DNA of 35,835 nucleotides from Vulcanimicrobiota bacterium (GTDB lineage: Bacteria > Vulcanimicrobiota > Vulcanimicrobiia > Vulcanimicrobiales > Vulcanimicrobiaceae). The notes under the pieces were generated by a model, which worked only from the letters and a program-made list of their open reading frames with translations, had not been told where the DNA came from and searched no databases. Below, piece after piece: positions 27,586-35,835 of the stretch. Both the position numbers and the translations under genes were made by a program. Each line of letters starts with the position of its first letter. Position 1 is the stretch's first letter. The stretch spans positions 21,243-57,077 of the forward strand of contig PKZK01000187.1 in assembly GCA_003133025.1 (NCBI GenBank), in the 5' to 3' direction.

Positions 27586-28230
27586 TTATCTGTAACGCAG
27601 TCGCACGCTTGCCAGCACGTTTCCGTCGCGCGATAACTCGACCGAGTCCGCTCGAGCAGGCGGCCGAGCCAACAGTGTAGCGGTATCGCCTTCGCGCAGT
27701 GCGGCGCCCGCGAGCCATCGCCGGCCGGCGATCGTCGCGTCGACGTCGATCTCTCCGCCTGCGCGATCGACGAGCACGTAAAACCAACTCCCGTCGCGCG
27801 CGTAAACCACCTTAGCGGCGAGCCCGCCCGCCCCGGCGCGCGTCTCCATCGCTTCGTGCAGAAAATGGCTGTGCACCAACGTCGCCACGGCGAGTTCCGA
27901 CGCATGCCGCCGCTCCCGCGCCGGCCCGATCTGCAGCCACGCGCCGCCCAACGCGATCAGGAGGAGCGCCGCGGCCAGCGCACCGGCCCACGCCAAGCGC
28001 CTCACCGGCGCGGGTTCGCCGGCAGCAGCGAGCAACCGCGCGCGAGACTGGGGCGAGGGCGTCGCCACCGGCAGCAGCGCGGCGAGTTGCAGCGCGGTCT
28101 CCTCGGCTTCGCCGACCAAGCGCAGACACGCGTCGCAGGTCGCCAGATGCGCGTCGATGCGGGCGCGACTCTCGGGCTCGAGCAGGCCCAGCGCGTAGAG
28201 TTCCGCATCGTCGCCGACGTGTTGGTTCAT
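27586..28230 (-). CDS. ZAS (zinc-binding) membrane anti-sigma factor, RskA-like
   Basis: YALGLL..HLATCDAC (HxxxCxxC), one TM helix, extracytoplasmic C-terminus; ATG 28230 with GGAGG, directly after the sigma gene. Confidence 0.9.
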   Translation of the reverse strand: MNQHVGDDAELYALGLLEPESRARIDAHLATCDACLRLVGEAEETALQLAALLPVATPSPQSRARLLAAAGEPAPVRRLAWAGALAAALLLIALGGAWLQIGPARERRHASELAVATLVHSHFLHEAMETRAGAGGLAAKVVYARDGSWFYVLVDRAGGEIDVDATIAGRRWLAGAALREGDTATLLARPPARADSVELSRDGNVLASVRLRYR

Positions 28231-28232
28231 GC

Positions 28233-28790
28233 TCAATCCTCCGCAAGCTCGGCCTTGAGCTTGCGCATTGCGAGCGCCACGCGACCCTTCACCGTTCCGA
28301 GCGGCACGTCCATGCGTGCGGCGATTTCGGCTTGCGAGAGGTTGGCGAAGTACGCGTACTCGATCGTCGCGCGCTGTTCCACGGGCAGTCGCGCGAGCGC
28401 GGCTCGCACGCGTAACGCGTCGAGCGCGGCGGCGCTTTCGTCGCCCGGCGCCGGTTCCAAGCGCAGCACCCGCCGTTCGCGCTCCGTGCGCCGGCCGGCG
28501 CCGCGGAGCGTGGTGAGCGCCTCGTTGCGCACGCACGACGCCAGGAACGCGCGCAGGGAACCGCGTTCGGGCCGGTACGAATCCCGCGCCCGCCAGACGC
28601 GCAGCAGTGCGTCGTGCACGCAATCCTCCGCAGCGGCGGCGTCGCCGAGAACTTGCCGGGCGACCCCGGTCAACAGCGTCGCGTATCGATCGTAGGCTTG
28701 GCCCAATGCGTGCGGCCGGCGCGCCGCGAACGCCGGGGCGAGATCGCCGTCGACGGGACGCATGAGACCTTCGTACGACAACCGCGCCAA
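28233..28790 (-). CDS. ECF sigma-70 factor (SigK-like)
   Basis: Region 2 AAEDCVHD..VW..YRPERGS..RN; region 4 LSQAEIAARMDVPLGTVKGR. Start TTG 28790 or ATG 28763. Confidence 0.93.
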   Translation of the reverse strand: MARLSYEGLMRPVDGDLAPAFAARRPHALGQAYDRYATLLTGVARQVLGDAAAAEDCVHDALLRVWRARDSYRPERGSLRAFLASCVRNEALTTLRGAGRRTERERRVLRLEPAPGDESAAALDALRVRAALARLPVEQRATIEYAYFANLSQAEIAARMDVPLGTVKGRVALAMRKLKAELAED

Positions 28791-28793
28791 GGC

Positions 28794-29675
28794 CTACTGC
28801 AGCGCATGATCCTCGAACCGCGCCGCCGGTCCGGCGAGTTCGACGGTGCGGTAGCCGATGACGTCGAGCAGATGATCCTTCGGCACGAGCAACGGTCCGG
28901 GCTTATCGGCCTTCCCGGGCTCGGGCTGCGGGTACGCCGTCGAGCGCGCCGTCGCGAACCGAATGTTCCCGTCGACGTGCGTCGCTATTTGGTGGATGTG
29001 CCCGTTGAGCACCGTCACCGCGTCGAAGCGGCGCAGCAACGCTAATGCCTTGGCGCCGTCTTCGGTAGTCCAGCCCCATGCGGGATAGAGCGCATACAGC
29101 GGGACGTGACCGAAGACCACGAGCGGCACGTCGCGGCGCAGCGCAGCCAGATCGTCGCGTAGCCAGTCGAGCTGGGCTTGGCCGAGCAGACCCATCGTTT
29201 CGAAGTTGAAGACGTTGACCAGCGCCACGAAGTGCGTGCCCTTCATGTCGAAGGAATACCAGCCGTCGCCCGGCCCGCGCTTACCGAAGCTCGTAAAGTA
29301 TGCTTTGCCGGCATCGCCGATCACGTCGTGCTCGCCGGGAAGCGTGAACAGCGGAGCTTTCAGGCGGCCGAGAATGTTCTTCGCGTCGTCGAATTGCGCG
29401 GGTTTGGAGAGGTGCGTGACGTCGCCGGTGTGCATGACGAACGCCGGTTGCCGGGCGAGCCCGTTGATCGCATCGACCGTCGCGACCAGCGTGTCGGCAA
29501 CGTGCTCGTTGGGCGCTTGATGGAAGCCGATGTGGCTGTCGCTGATCTGCACGAAGCTCCACGACGGCGCGTCGGCAGCGCCTGCAGCCGCGCGCACCAC
29601 GCCCAAGTCCGAGACGGTAAAGACGATGCCCGCGCCCGTCCATCCGACGTGCTCGAGAAATGCGCCGCGCTTCAT
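28794..29675 (-). CDS. Calcineurin-like metallophosphoesterase, probably exported
   Basis: SDSH, TGDVTH, PGEHD, GHVP, NGHIH. N-terminal KRGAFL is Tat-like; ATGA overlap with the cupredoxin gene. Confidence 0.9.
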   Translation of the reverse strand: MKRGAFLEHVGWTGAGIVFTVSDLGVVRAAAGAADAPSWSFVQISDSHIGFHQAPNEHVADTLVATVDAINGLARQPAFVMHTGDVTHLSKPAQFDDAKNILGRLKAPLFTLPGEHDVIGDAGKAYFTSFGKRGPGDGWYSFDMKGTHFVALVNVFNFETMGLLGQAQLDWLRDDLAALRRDVPLVVFGHVPLYALYPAWGWTTEDGAKALALLRRFDAVTVLNGHIHQIATHVDGNIRFATARSTAYPQPEPGKADKPGPLLVPKDHLLDVIGYRTVELAGPAARFEDHALQ

Positions 29676-30019
29676 TTCGCCCGGCTTCCGGCGGCGGGCA
29701 GCACCACGACGACGGCTTTCATATACGGATGCAGCGCGCAGAAGTACGCGAACGTCCCCGGCTTGGTAAACGTGCGCGTAAACGTCTCGCCGGCATCGAG
29801 GCCGCCGGAGTCGAAGGTCTTGTCGCTTGCGGTGACCGTATGCGCGTCGTTGTCGTCGTTGACGAATCTGACCGTATCGCCGACGTGAACCGTGACTTTG
29901 GCGTCGTGGTAGGCGTAATTCTCGATGTGGACGACCGCGGCGGGTTTCGTGGCCGCCGCTACGGCCGCCGGCGAAAGCGCCCAAGCCGCGACGAGCGTGA
30001 GTGCGAATTTGTGCAGCAT
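29672..30019 (-). CDS. Secreted cupredoxin (amicyanin/plastocyanin-like)
   Basis: Signal peptide; GDTVRFVN, AHTV, YFCALHPYM give the type-1 Cu ligands His/Cys/His/Met. Confidence 0.93.
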   Translation of the reverse strand: MLHKFALTLVAAWALSPAAVAAATKPAAVVHIENYAYHDAKVTVHVGDTVRFVNDDNDAHTVTASDKTFDSGGLDAGETFTRTFTKPGTFAYFCALHPYMKAVVVVLPAAGSRAK

Positions 30020-30027
30020 GATCCCGA

Positions 30028-30054
30028 TACGCCGCCGCCCGCCCCGCCGGATCA
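30028..30054 (-). promoter_or_regulatory. ECF-type promoter TGATCC-N17-CGTA, probably leaderless
   Basis: - strand reads TGATCC ggcggggcgggcggcgg CGTA tcgggatc ATG (ATG at 30019), with no SD sequence. Confidence 0.7.
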
Positions 30055-30061
30055 CTCGGAC

Positions 30062-30106
30062 AAAACAGAAAAAGCCCGGGGTCGGCGCCGACGCCTACCC
30101 CGGGCT
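30062..30106 (-). terminator. Rho-independent terminator
   Basis: Perfect 10-bp stem AGCCCGGGGT/ACCCCGGGCT (30073-30106) followed on the - strand by a T-rich tract, 20 nt after the stop at 30127. Confidence 0.85.
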
Positions 30107-30126
30107 CGATTTTCGTTACCGGCTCT

Positions 30127-30516
30127 CTATGGAGCGGCGGCAGTCCAGGTGGAACCGTCGGCGTAGGTCACCTTCGTGACGGTGCACTTTGCCTTGGATC
30201 CGTCGTAGACCAGCTGGGTGTAGTGCTTCCACACCGACACCGAAGCGTTGGGCAGCAGGTTACCGCTCCACGAGTCGGTGACGTGGAATGCCTGGTAGCT
30301 TCCGTCGACCGTGAAGCTCGAGACCGGCTTCGAGCTGACGTTGGTCGCCGTCACGGTGACGCCGTTGGTGTACTGCATCTGCGCGGTCAGGATGCCCTGA
30401 TCGGTAATGTAGGCGACGTCGCACGTCTTGATCTTTACCGGGGCGCTTCCGCCTGAGGTGCTCACGACAGCCACGGTGGTCGCCGCCGAGAGAAAAAGGC
30501 TCGCCAAAATTCCCAT
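30127..30516 (-). CDS. Small secreted hypothetical protein (beta-sandwich-like, 2 Cys)
   Basis: GGAGGA RBS, hydrophobic N-terminus, strong codon bias, C-terminal CTVTKVTYADGSTW, own terminator. Confidence 0.8.
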   Translation of the reverse strand: MGILASLFLSAATTVAVVSTSGGSAPVKIKTCDVAYITDQGILTAQMQYTNGVTVTATNVSSKPVSSFTVDGSYQAFHVTDSWSGNLLPNASVSVWKHYTQLVYDGSKAKCTVTKVTYADGSTWTAAAP

Positions 30517-30609
30517 GAGTTATCCTCCAAGCTCGAAACGTCGAGTTTCAACAGCGGCTGGCACAGGACGCACCGCAGCGCTACTATCTTTGAATATACC
30601 TTTTGTGCG

Positions 30610-31287
30610 CTAGGTTACCCTCTCGGGGAAAGTTTTCACGGGTCGCGCCGGAAACAGCGACTCGCCCGGGGTGCCGATGGCCCCGAGCACGCCCAGCGCT
30701 TGCGCGCCGGCACGGAAGGCCTCGAATTGTTCGGCGTTCGTAAAGCGGTAGACCACGGCCGACTCCGTGCCGGAATCCGCGCCGAAGACCAGGACGCCGC
30801 GAAAGCCGGCGGCCGCGACGATTGGAGGAACGATGCCGCGCACGCGTTGCGGCTCGATGGCTACCCGTTCGAAGGCATAGGCGTCGGTCGAGCCCGGGTC
30901 GATCTCCACGTCGCCCGCGCGGGCGAAGAGGCGATACAGCGCGAGCGAGCCCGATTCGGCGACGGCGCGATGCTGGGCTTCGAGTCGTTGGTCGCCCCAA
31001 GCGGCCGCAACGTGCCCGAACGCCTCGTGTCCGTCCAACTCCAGCAGCGCCACCACGCGCCGGCCGTTTGCGGACCCGAGCACGGCCGCCGCGCGCGCCT
31101 TGGCCGCCGACGTGCGAGCCTTCTCGATCAGCGTCTCGTAGGCGGAGAGTACCGCGTCTTCGCGGCCCGCTTCGGCGTGCGCGATCTCGATCGCGCACCA
31201 CGCGCCGGGCGGAAACGACACCGGCGCTCCACCCGGGCGATGATCGACCAGCGTATGGCGCTCAATATCCTCGTGCGGACGGCTCAT
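30610..31287 (-). CDS. Hypothetical protein, possibly tandem ABM/dimeric alpha-beta barrel
   Basis: TGATG coupling to the DsbA gene; AAVLGSANGRRVVALLEL and GFRGVLVFGADSGTESAVVYRF resemble ABM repeats. Confidence 0.65.
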   Translation of the reverse strand: MSRPHEDIERHTLVDHRPGGAPVSFPPGAWCAIEIAHAEAGREDAVLSAYETLIEKARTSAAKARAAAVLGSANGRRVVALLELDGHEAFGHVAAAWGDQRLEAQHRAVAESGSLALYRLFARAGDVEIDPGSTDAYAFERVAIEPQRVRGIVPPIVAAAGFRGVLVFGADSGTESAVVYRFTNAEQFEAFRAGAQALGVLGAIGTPGESLFPARPVKTFPERVT

Positions 31288-31841
31288 CAGCGGCTCGCCG
31301 CTGAGGCTGCCGCCAGCGCCTGCTCGACGGCCTCGCTCAGACCCTCGACCGAGGGTTCGCCGTCGAAGGCGTAGCCGTTGATGAAGATCGACGGCGTGCC
31401 CTCGATGCCGCTTTCGTTGCCCGACTTCACGTCGCGCTCGATGCGGTTTCGGAACGTGTTCCGCGCGACCGCGCCCTCGACGGCATCGGCATCGACGCCG
31501 ATGGCGTCGGCGTACGTGCGCAAGTCGGGGATCGTCAGGGCCCGCTGATTACGAAACAGCAGATCGTGCATTTGCCAGAACTTCCCGGCTGCCGCCGCGG
31601 CCTCCGAGGCCTCCGCCGCGGCGCGCGCGTGCGGGTGCATCGAGAGCGGATAGTGCCGGAAGACGAGCGCGACGCGTCCGTCGTACTTCGCGAGCACCGC
31701 GTCGAGTGCCGTGGCCGCGTCGCCGCAATACGGGCACTCGAAGTCGCCGAATTCAGTGATGACGACCGGGAAATCGAGCGAGCCGCGAACGTGATCGTCG
31801 CGGCTCGGCTCCGGAACTAAGTCTGCGCCGGGTTGGGACAT
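31287..31841 (-). CDS. DsbA-family thioredoxin-fold protein (no signal peptide)
   Basis: DHVRG, EFGDFECPYC, FRHYPL, GKFWQMHD, GTPS cis-Pro; GAGGAG RBS before ATG 31841. Confidence 0.92.
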   Translation of the reverse strand: MSQPGADLVPEPSRDDHVRGSLDFPVVITEFGDFECPYCGDAATALDAVLAKYDGRVALVFRHYPLSMHPHARAAAEASEAAAAAGKFWQMHDLLFRNQRALTIPDLRTYADAIGVDADAVEGAVARNTFRNRIERDVKSGNESGIEGTPSIFINGYAFDGEPSVEGLSEAVEQALAAASAASR

Positions 31842-31909
31842 GAATGCTCCTCTGGAAGGTTTCCAGTAGGTGTCATGTGCCCAACCCGCGCCGGGCTCAA
31901 ACGACGCGA

Positions 31910-33127
31910 TTACTGCGGAGAGGCCTCCCACACCACGCCGTAGCCGGATCCGCCGACCTGCGAAGTGCCGTAGATGTTGCCGGCCGCATCGAAGACCGGG
32001 TTGGCGAAGATATAGCCGCCGTCCGTGCCGCCGGTGAACTCGTGCACCGAGTTGTACGTCCACGTTCCACCCGAGTTGGTCAGTTCGTAGACCGAACCGG
32101 AACCGTACTCACCGTCGCAATGCGTCGTGCCGTACACGTTGCCCGACGCATCGACGTACGGCGTGCGGAACGGGCCGGAGACGCCGTAGCCCGGCGTGCT
32201 GTAGAGCGTCGCGAAGCTCCAGCTTCCGTTCGCGGGACTCAATTCGTAGATCGTGCCGCCGCTGTTGACGCCGCCGTCGGTGGCGCCGCCGTAGAGGTTG
32301 CCGTATTTATCGAACGTCAGGCCCGAGTACGGCGTCTCGCCGTCGGTCGTGCCCTGGAAATTCCAGAGGATGTTCTCGGACCAGCCGGAGCGGCTCGGAA
32401 CCAGTTGATACACGGTGCCGAGCGACGCGCTGCCGCCCTGCGACGTCGTGCCGTAGAGGTTGCCCGATCCGTCGAAAACGAGGCCGCCCACCGGCACTTG
32501 CCCGTCGCCGGTCTTGCCGCCGAAGCTATACAGCACCGACTCGGAATACGTGCCGCCCTTGGCCTTGGTCAGCTTGTAGACCGAACCGTAGCCGTATGCT
32601 CCGCCCGCGCTCGTGGTGCCGTAAACGTTGCCCTTTGCGTCGAAGACCAGGTCGCCGTCCGAGGGCTCGTAGCCGTTGTTGCCGTTGAGGAAGCTGTAGA
32701 GATCTTTCTCGAGTTTCGCGCCGCCCTTTTCGGTACCGGTCAATTCGAAGACCGTACCGCCGCCGCCACCGCCGCCGGCCGTGGTGCCGAAGAGATGACC
32801 GCCGGGGCCCGGAATCAGCCGTGCGCCGGGCGACGAGCCGTCGGAGCCGCCGTTGAAGCTGTACAAAACTTCGTATTGGAAGCCTTTGGCGGTATGCTTC
32901 AATTCGAACGCGGTGCCGTTCCCGTTGCCGCCGCCGGCCGCCGTGCCGAAGAGATTTCCGGACTTGTCGAGCGAGATGCCGTCGACGGGGCTTCCGCCGT
33001 CGGAGCCGCCGGTAAACGTATGCAAGACCGTAAAGTTCCAGGTCTGCGCGCTCGCGGCCATCGGCGCGAGTGCCGTCGCCAGCGACAGTGCGGCGGTAGC
33101 GGCCAAACTCAAGCGAATATTTCCCAC
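31910..33127 (-). CDS. Secreted GloVer (Gloeo/Verruco) tandem-repeat protein
   Basis: Signal peptide; seven repeats of GN(L/V)(Y/F)GTTxxGG..G.V(Y/F)EL with LYSF..DG..P linkers; AAGGAG RBS. Confidence 0.9.
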   Translation of the reverse strand: MGNIRLSLAATAALSLATALAPMAASAQTWNFTVLHTFTGGSDGGSPVDGISLDKSGNLFGTAAGGGNGNGTAFELKHTAKGFQYEVLYSFNGGSDGSSPGARLIPGPGGHLFGTTAGGGGGGGTVFELTGTEKGGAKLEKDLYSFLNGNNGYEPSDGDLVFDAKGNVYGTTSAGGAYGYGSVYKLTKAKGGTYSESVLYSFGGKTGDGQVPVGGLVFDGSGNLYGTTSQGGSASLGTVYQLVPSRSGWSENILWNFQGTTDGETPYSGLTFDKYGNLYGGATDGGVNSGGTIYELSPANGSWSFATLYSTPGYGVSGPFRTPYVDASGNVYGTTHCDGEYGSGSVYELTNSGGTWTYNSVHEFTGGTDGGYIFANPVFDAAGNIYGTSQVGGSGYGVVWEASPQ

Positions 33128-33272
33128 GTGCGGTGCTCCTTAACGGGCATCAGTCTCTTCGAGGGGTAGCTTGCTCGATACGCCGGAGCCGCGCTCGAGC
33201 CCTGGAACCAGACGGCGCGCGAGCGAAGCGTGCCTGGGCTCACAGCCTGCCGCGCCGCGACAAAACGAACGC

Positions 33273-35075
33273 TCAATAATTTGCCGCGGCGCGTACCTGC
33301 GCGGCCGTCTTATTCAGATCGGCTAACAGTTCCGGGGCCACCACCGCGAACGGCGTGGTGCCGTACGAGAGTAGCCGGTCGTGGAAGTCGTGCAACGAAC
33401 CGCGCTCTCCGGTGCGCAGCATGTACTCGCCGAGCAGATTCTCCAGTTGCACGCGCCCGACGGTGTAGGAGATCACGTAGCCCGGCCCGGTCGCGATGCC
33501 TGCAACGGCCGCATCCGCCGCGGCCTTGGTGAAGCTCGTCTCGCGCGCGAAGAAGTCCGCAGCCTGACGGTACGTCCACTCTCCGGATGCGAGCTTGGCA
33601 TCGACGATCGCCCGTGCGCCGCGCACGCGCTCCCACCGCGCGGTATAGAGCCGGCCGTCGAGGTCGTCGCCGTAGAGCCCGAGCCGCACGAACATCTCCT
33701 CGCCGTAATACGCCCAGCCTTCGGCGAAGACGCCGCTGCTCTGGATCTTGCGGATGAAGTCGGGATTGCGCCGCGCGATCGAGAGTTGCAGGAAGTGGCC
33801 GGGCATCGCCTCGTGCGCCGCGGTCGACCAGATGCGGTCGCGATCGAAATCTTGATTCATGTCGAGCGTCGCCGCCGCTTCGGCCAACGACTTCGGCGGC
33901 GTGATGAAGTAGAAGCCCGTCGTCGAGCGCGCGAACAGCCGCGGCGAATTCATCGACGCGCCGGGCGAGACCGGTTGCAGAAACGACGGCGTTTCCACCA
34001 CCTTGATCTGCCCGAGCCAGTCGGGCACCGTCACGACGTCGTGTTCGGTGACGAAGGTGCGCAATTCGGCGATGCGCTCGCGGTAGTAATCGATCAGCGC
34101 CTGTCCCGAAGGCGCGAGGCCGCCGCCGCTCTGCGCGCCGAAGGCGAGGTTCGAGCGCTTCGCGAGCGACGCCAGCCAGGCTTCCTCTGCCCAGCCGTGG
34201 CCGAGTTCGGCCTGGCCCAACACTTCCACGTCGGCCGCATCGAAAGGCAGCAACTGTTCCGCGCGCAGCATGTGGTTATAGGCCGCGCGACCGATCGCGA
34301 AATTCTCGGGCCAGGCGCCGACGTGAGCGTCGATGTACTTCTTGGTCTGCTGCAGCGTGGCGACGGTCGCGTCGCGTGCCGCTATGAAGCGCGCGTAGGC
34401 CGGCGAGGCCGCGCCCAATTGCGCTTTGGCCGCGTCGCTCAGCGCGCCGTCGAGGAAGTCGGGAGCGCCGCCGAGTTCCTCGCTGCCGACGAGTCCGTAG
34501 AGATGGCCGGGATGCGTCGCGAGCCGCTGCGCCGCTGCGATGTAGGCCGGCGCCTTCGCGAGGCGGGAGACGATGTCGTCCCAGGCCCTGCTCGCGTCGG
34601 CCTCGACGGCGCCTTCCTGGCCAGGGATCGGCAGGTTCTGAAATTGCAGAAAGATCGTATCGACGATCGAATTGGCTCCGTCGGCGTAGTTCTTCCGGTC
34701 GGTCCGATACACCAGCAGGCCGTCGAGTTGGGCTTCGATCTGAGCGTCGAGCAGCTTCGCGTCGTCGCGATCGACCAGGCCGATCGAGCCGTTTGCGGCG
34801 GGCGCGATCGCATGCAGCCGTTCGCGCCAGGCCCGCAGTCGCGCGACGAAGGCGCTGCGCGCGGCCTCGCTCGGCACATCCAGGTCGCCGTCGTGCCCGG
34901 GGATGCCCAGTTCGGTCGCCGTGAGCGGGAAGAGCCGGGCCGTCGTGTAGGTGATGTCTTGCGCCAGCGCCGTGAGGCGCTCGTGCACGCTCGGCGGCGC
35001 GGCCGCGGCAGGCGCGGCTGCGAGCATCGGGAGCGCGGCCGAGATGAAGAGCGCGACGCTCCTGACGAGCTGCAT
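33273..35075 (-). CDS. DUF885 family protein (zincin-like), secreted
   Basis: Signal peptide from ATG 35075; AHEAMPGHFLQ, FAEGWAYYGE, RAIVD, FHDRLL. Confidence 0.9.
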   Translation of the reverse strand: MQLVRSVALFISAALPMLAAAPAAAAPPSVHERLTALAQDITYTTARLFPLTATELGIPGHDGDLDVPSEAARSAFVARLRAWRERLHAIAPAANGSIGLVDRDDAKLLDAQIEAQLDGLLVYRTDRKNYADGANSIVDTIFLQFQNLPIPGQEGAVEADASRAWDDIVSRLAKAPAYIAAAQRLATHPGHLYGLVGSEELGGAPDFLDGALSDAAKAQLGAASPAYARFIAARDATVATLQQTKKYIDAHVGAWPENFAIGRAAYNHMLRAEQLLPFDAADVEVLGQAELGHGWAEEAWLASLAKRSNLAFGAQSGGGLAPSGQALIDYYRERIAELRTFVTEHDVVTVPDWLGQIKVVETPSFLQPVSPGASMNSPRLFARSTTGFYFITPPKSLAEAAATLDMNQDFDRDRIWSTAAHEAMPGHFLQLSIARRNPDFIRKIQSSGVFAEGWAYYGEEMFVRLGLYGDDLDGRLYTARWERVRGARAIVDAKLASGEWTYRQAADFFARETSFTKAAADAAVAGIATGPGYVISYTVGRVQLENLLGEYMLRTGERGSLHDFHDRLLSYGTTPFAVVAPELLADLNKTAAQVRAAANY

Positions 35076-35188
35076 CGTCCCAGGTTTCCCGCAGAAACAT
35101 CGCCCTCCTCGCAGGCGCAAAGAGTGCGTGGGGTCACAGCCTTTCCGCGACGGTCGGCGCGACTGCAGCCGCGGGCGGCGTACGTCGA

Positions 35189-35835
35189 ATGAACGGTACG
35201 GAACTCGCGAGGATGCGTACGGAAACCAAGCACATCGGCACGACGGAAACTGCGGATCTCCCCCCGCTCCGACTGGATCAACGAAGCGTCACCTCGAGCG
35301 ATGCCGGCCAAGAGCATCTGCCGTTCGTCGACGGCTTGCGCGTGCTCGCGCTCTTGGCGCTGGCCCTGTCGTACGTGGGAGCGCTCGCGCCGAACGCCTT
35401 CGGCGGAGCAGGTTCCACCTGGGCGCGTGCGTTTGCCGCCGGCTCGCACGGCGTCGAGATCTTCTTCGCGCTCTCGTCGTTCTGCCTGACCTATCCCATA
35501 TTGCTCGTGTTGCGCTGCGAGCACGCCGTCGGCTTCGACGGCGCGCGCTTCGTCGCCAAGCGCATCGCGCGGGTCGTGTTGCCCTATTACGCGGCGCTCG
35601 CGATCCTGGTACTCCTGCCCTCGATCGCCGCGCGCATCGGCCACCCGTTCGCGCTCGGCGAGCCCTACGAGCCCGTCGATCTGCTCAAGCAAGTCCTGTT
35701 TCTCGACCACGGCACCAAGTTCGTCAACCCGGCGCTGTGGACGCTGTGCCTGCAAGTGCGCTGGTACGCGCTCTTTCCGTTCGCGCTCTCGCTCTGGGTA
35801 AAGTCGCCCCGCGCCTTCGGCGTGATCGCCATCGG
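35189..35835 (+). CDS. Acyltransferase-3 (AT3/OafA-like) membrane protein, partial (runs off the right edge)
   Basis: Not in the ORF track; translated by hand: HLPFVDGLRVLA, GSHGVEIFFALSSFCL, KRIARVVLPYY, WTLCLQVRWY. Start ATG 35189 or 35213. Confidence 0.85.
   Translation, partial: MNGTELARMRTETKHIGTTETADLPPLRLDQRSVTSSDAGQEHLPFVDGLRVLALLALALSYVGALAPNAFGGAGSTWARAFAAGSHGVEIFFALSSFCLTYPILLVLRCEHAVGFDGARFVAKRIARVVLPYYAALAILVLLPSIAARIGHPFALGEPYEPVDLLKQVLFLDHGTKFVNPALWTLCLQVRWYALFPFALSLWVKSPRAFGVIAI

Noticed and set aside
27522..27905. N-terminal extensions in the track (also 8467, 19051, 21271, 28623, 29984, 32063 starts)
   Set aside because: They overlap neighbouring genes or precede signal peptides; downstream starts fit better.
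31910..33127. Recurrent DNA repeats (gtgccgtagaggttgcc-like) as a possible CRISPR or repeat array
   Set aside because: Degenerate and in frame; explained by GloVer protein repeats. No cas genes present.
33381..35192. Long antisense ORFs (also 10045-11355, 17582-18853, 24530-25771, 31844-33169, 34439-35755)
   Set aside because: Shadow frames of real high-GC genes, with no motifs or RBS.
1..35835. tRNA, rRNA, riboswitch, IS or prophage elements
   Set aside because: None recognisable by eye and intergenic gaps are short; an Rfam/Infernal scan would be needed to exclude small RNAs.

Overview
High-GC bacterial chromosomal window with about 31 tightly packed genes plus two likely gene remnants. 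I found no rRNA, tRNA, CRISPR array, transposase or integrase. The gene mix (two secreted PF04185 phosphoesterases, a GloVer-repeat protein, an NHL-like propeller, a BTAD-AAA-TPR regulator, a PDZ-multiTM-GAF protein, HpnB) suggests Ca. Eremiobacterota/Vulcanimicrobiota; this is an inference. Clear assignments: epoxide hydrolase, FkbM methyltransferase, HAD type II, aldo/keto reductase, HSL esterase, Tat flavin amine oxidase, glpK, PHB-depolymerase-type esterase, HpnB, AI-2E transporter, DsbA-like protein and DUF885. Two partial edge genes missing from the ORF track are a PP2C/SpoIIE phosphatase (left) and an AT3 acyltransferase (right). Most notable: (1) a cupredoxin-metallophosphoesterase-ECF sigma-ZAS anti-sigma operon with its own TGATCC-N17-CGTA promoter; (2) a BirA-derived pseudoenzyme with an acidic tail, divergent from a STAND-type regulator; (3) a secreted hypothetical protein with lysozyme/SLT-like motifs; (4) a pepsin-like protease divergent from an output-less PDZ-TM-GAF sensor that is coupled to an esterase; (5) a degenerate AT3; (6) a small low-GC insert with flanking gene remnants; (7) a recurring AGGN-N17/18-GAA promoter-like motif. 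All family calls come from manual motif recognition; no searches were run.
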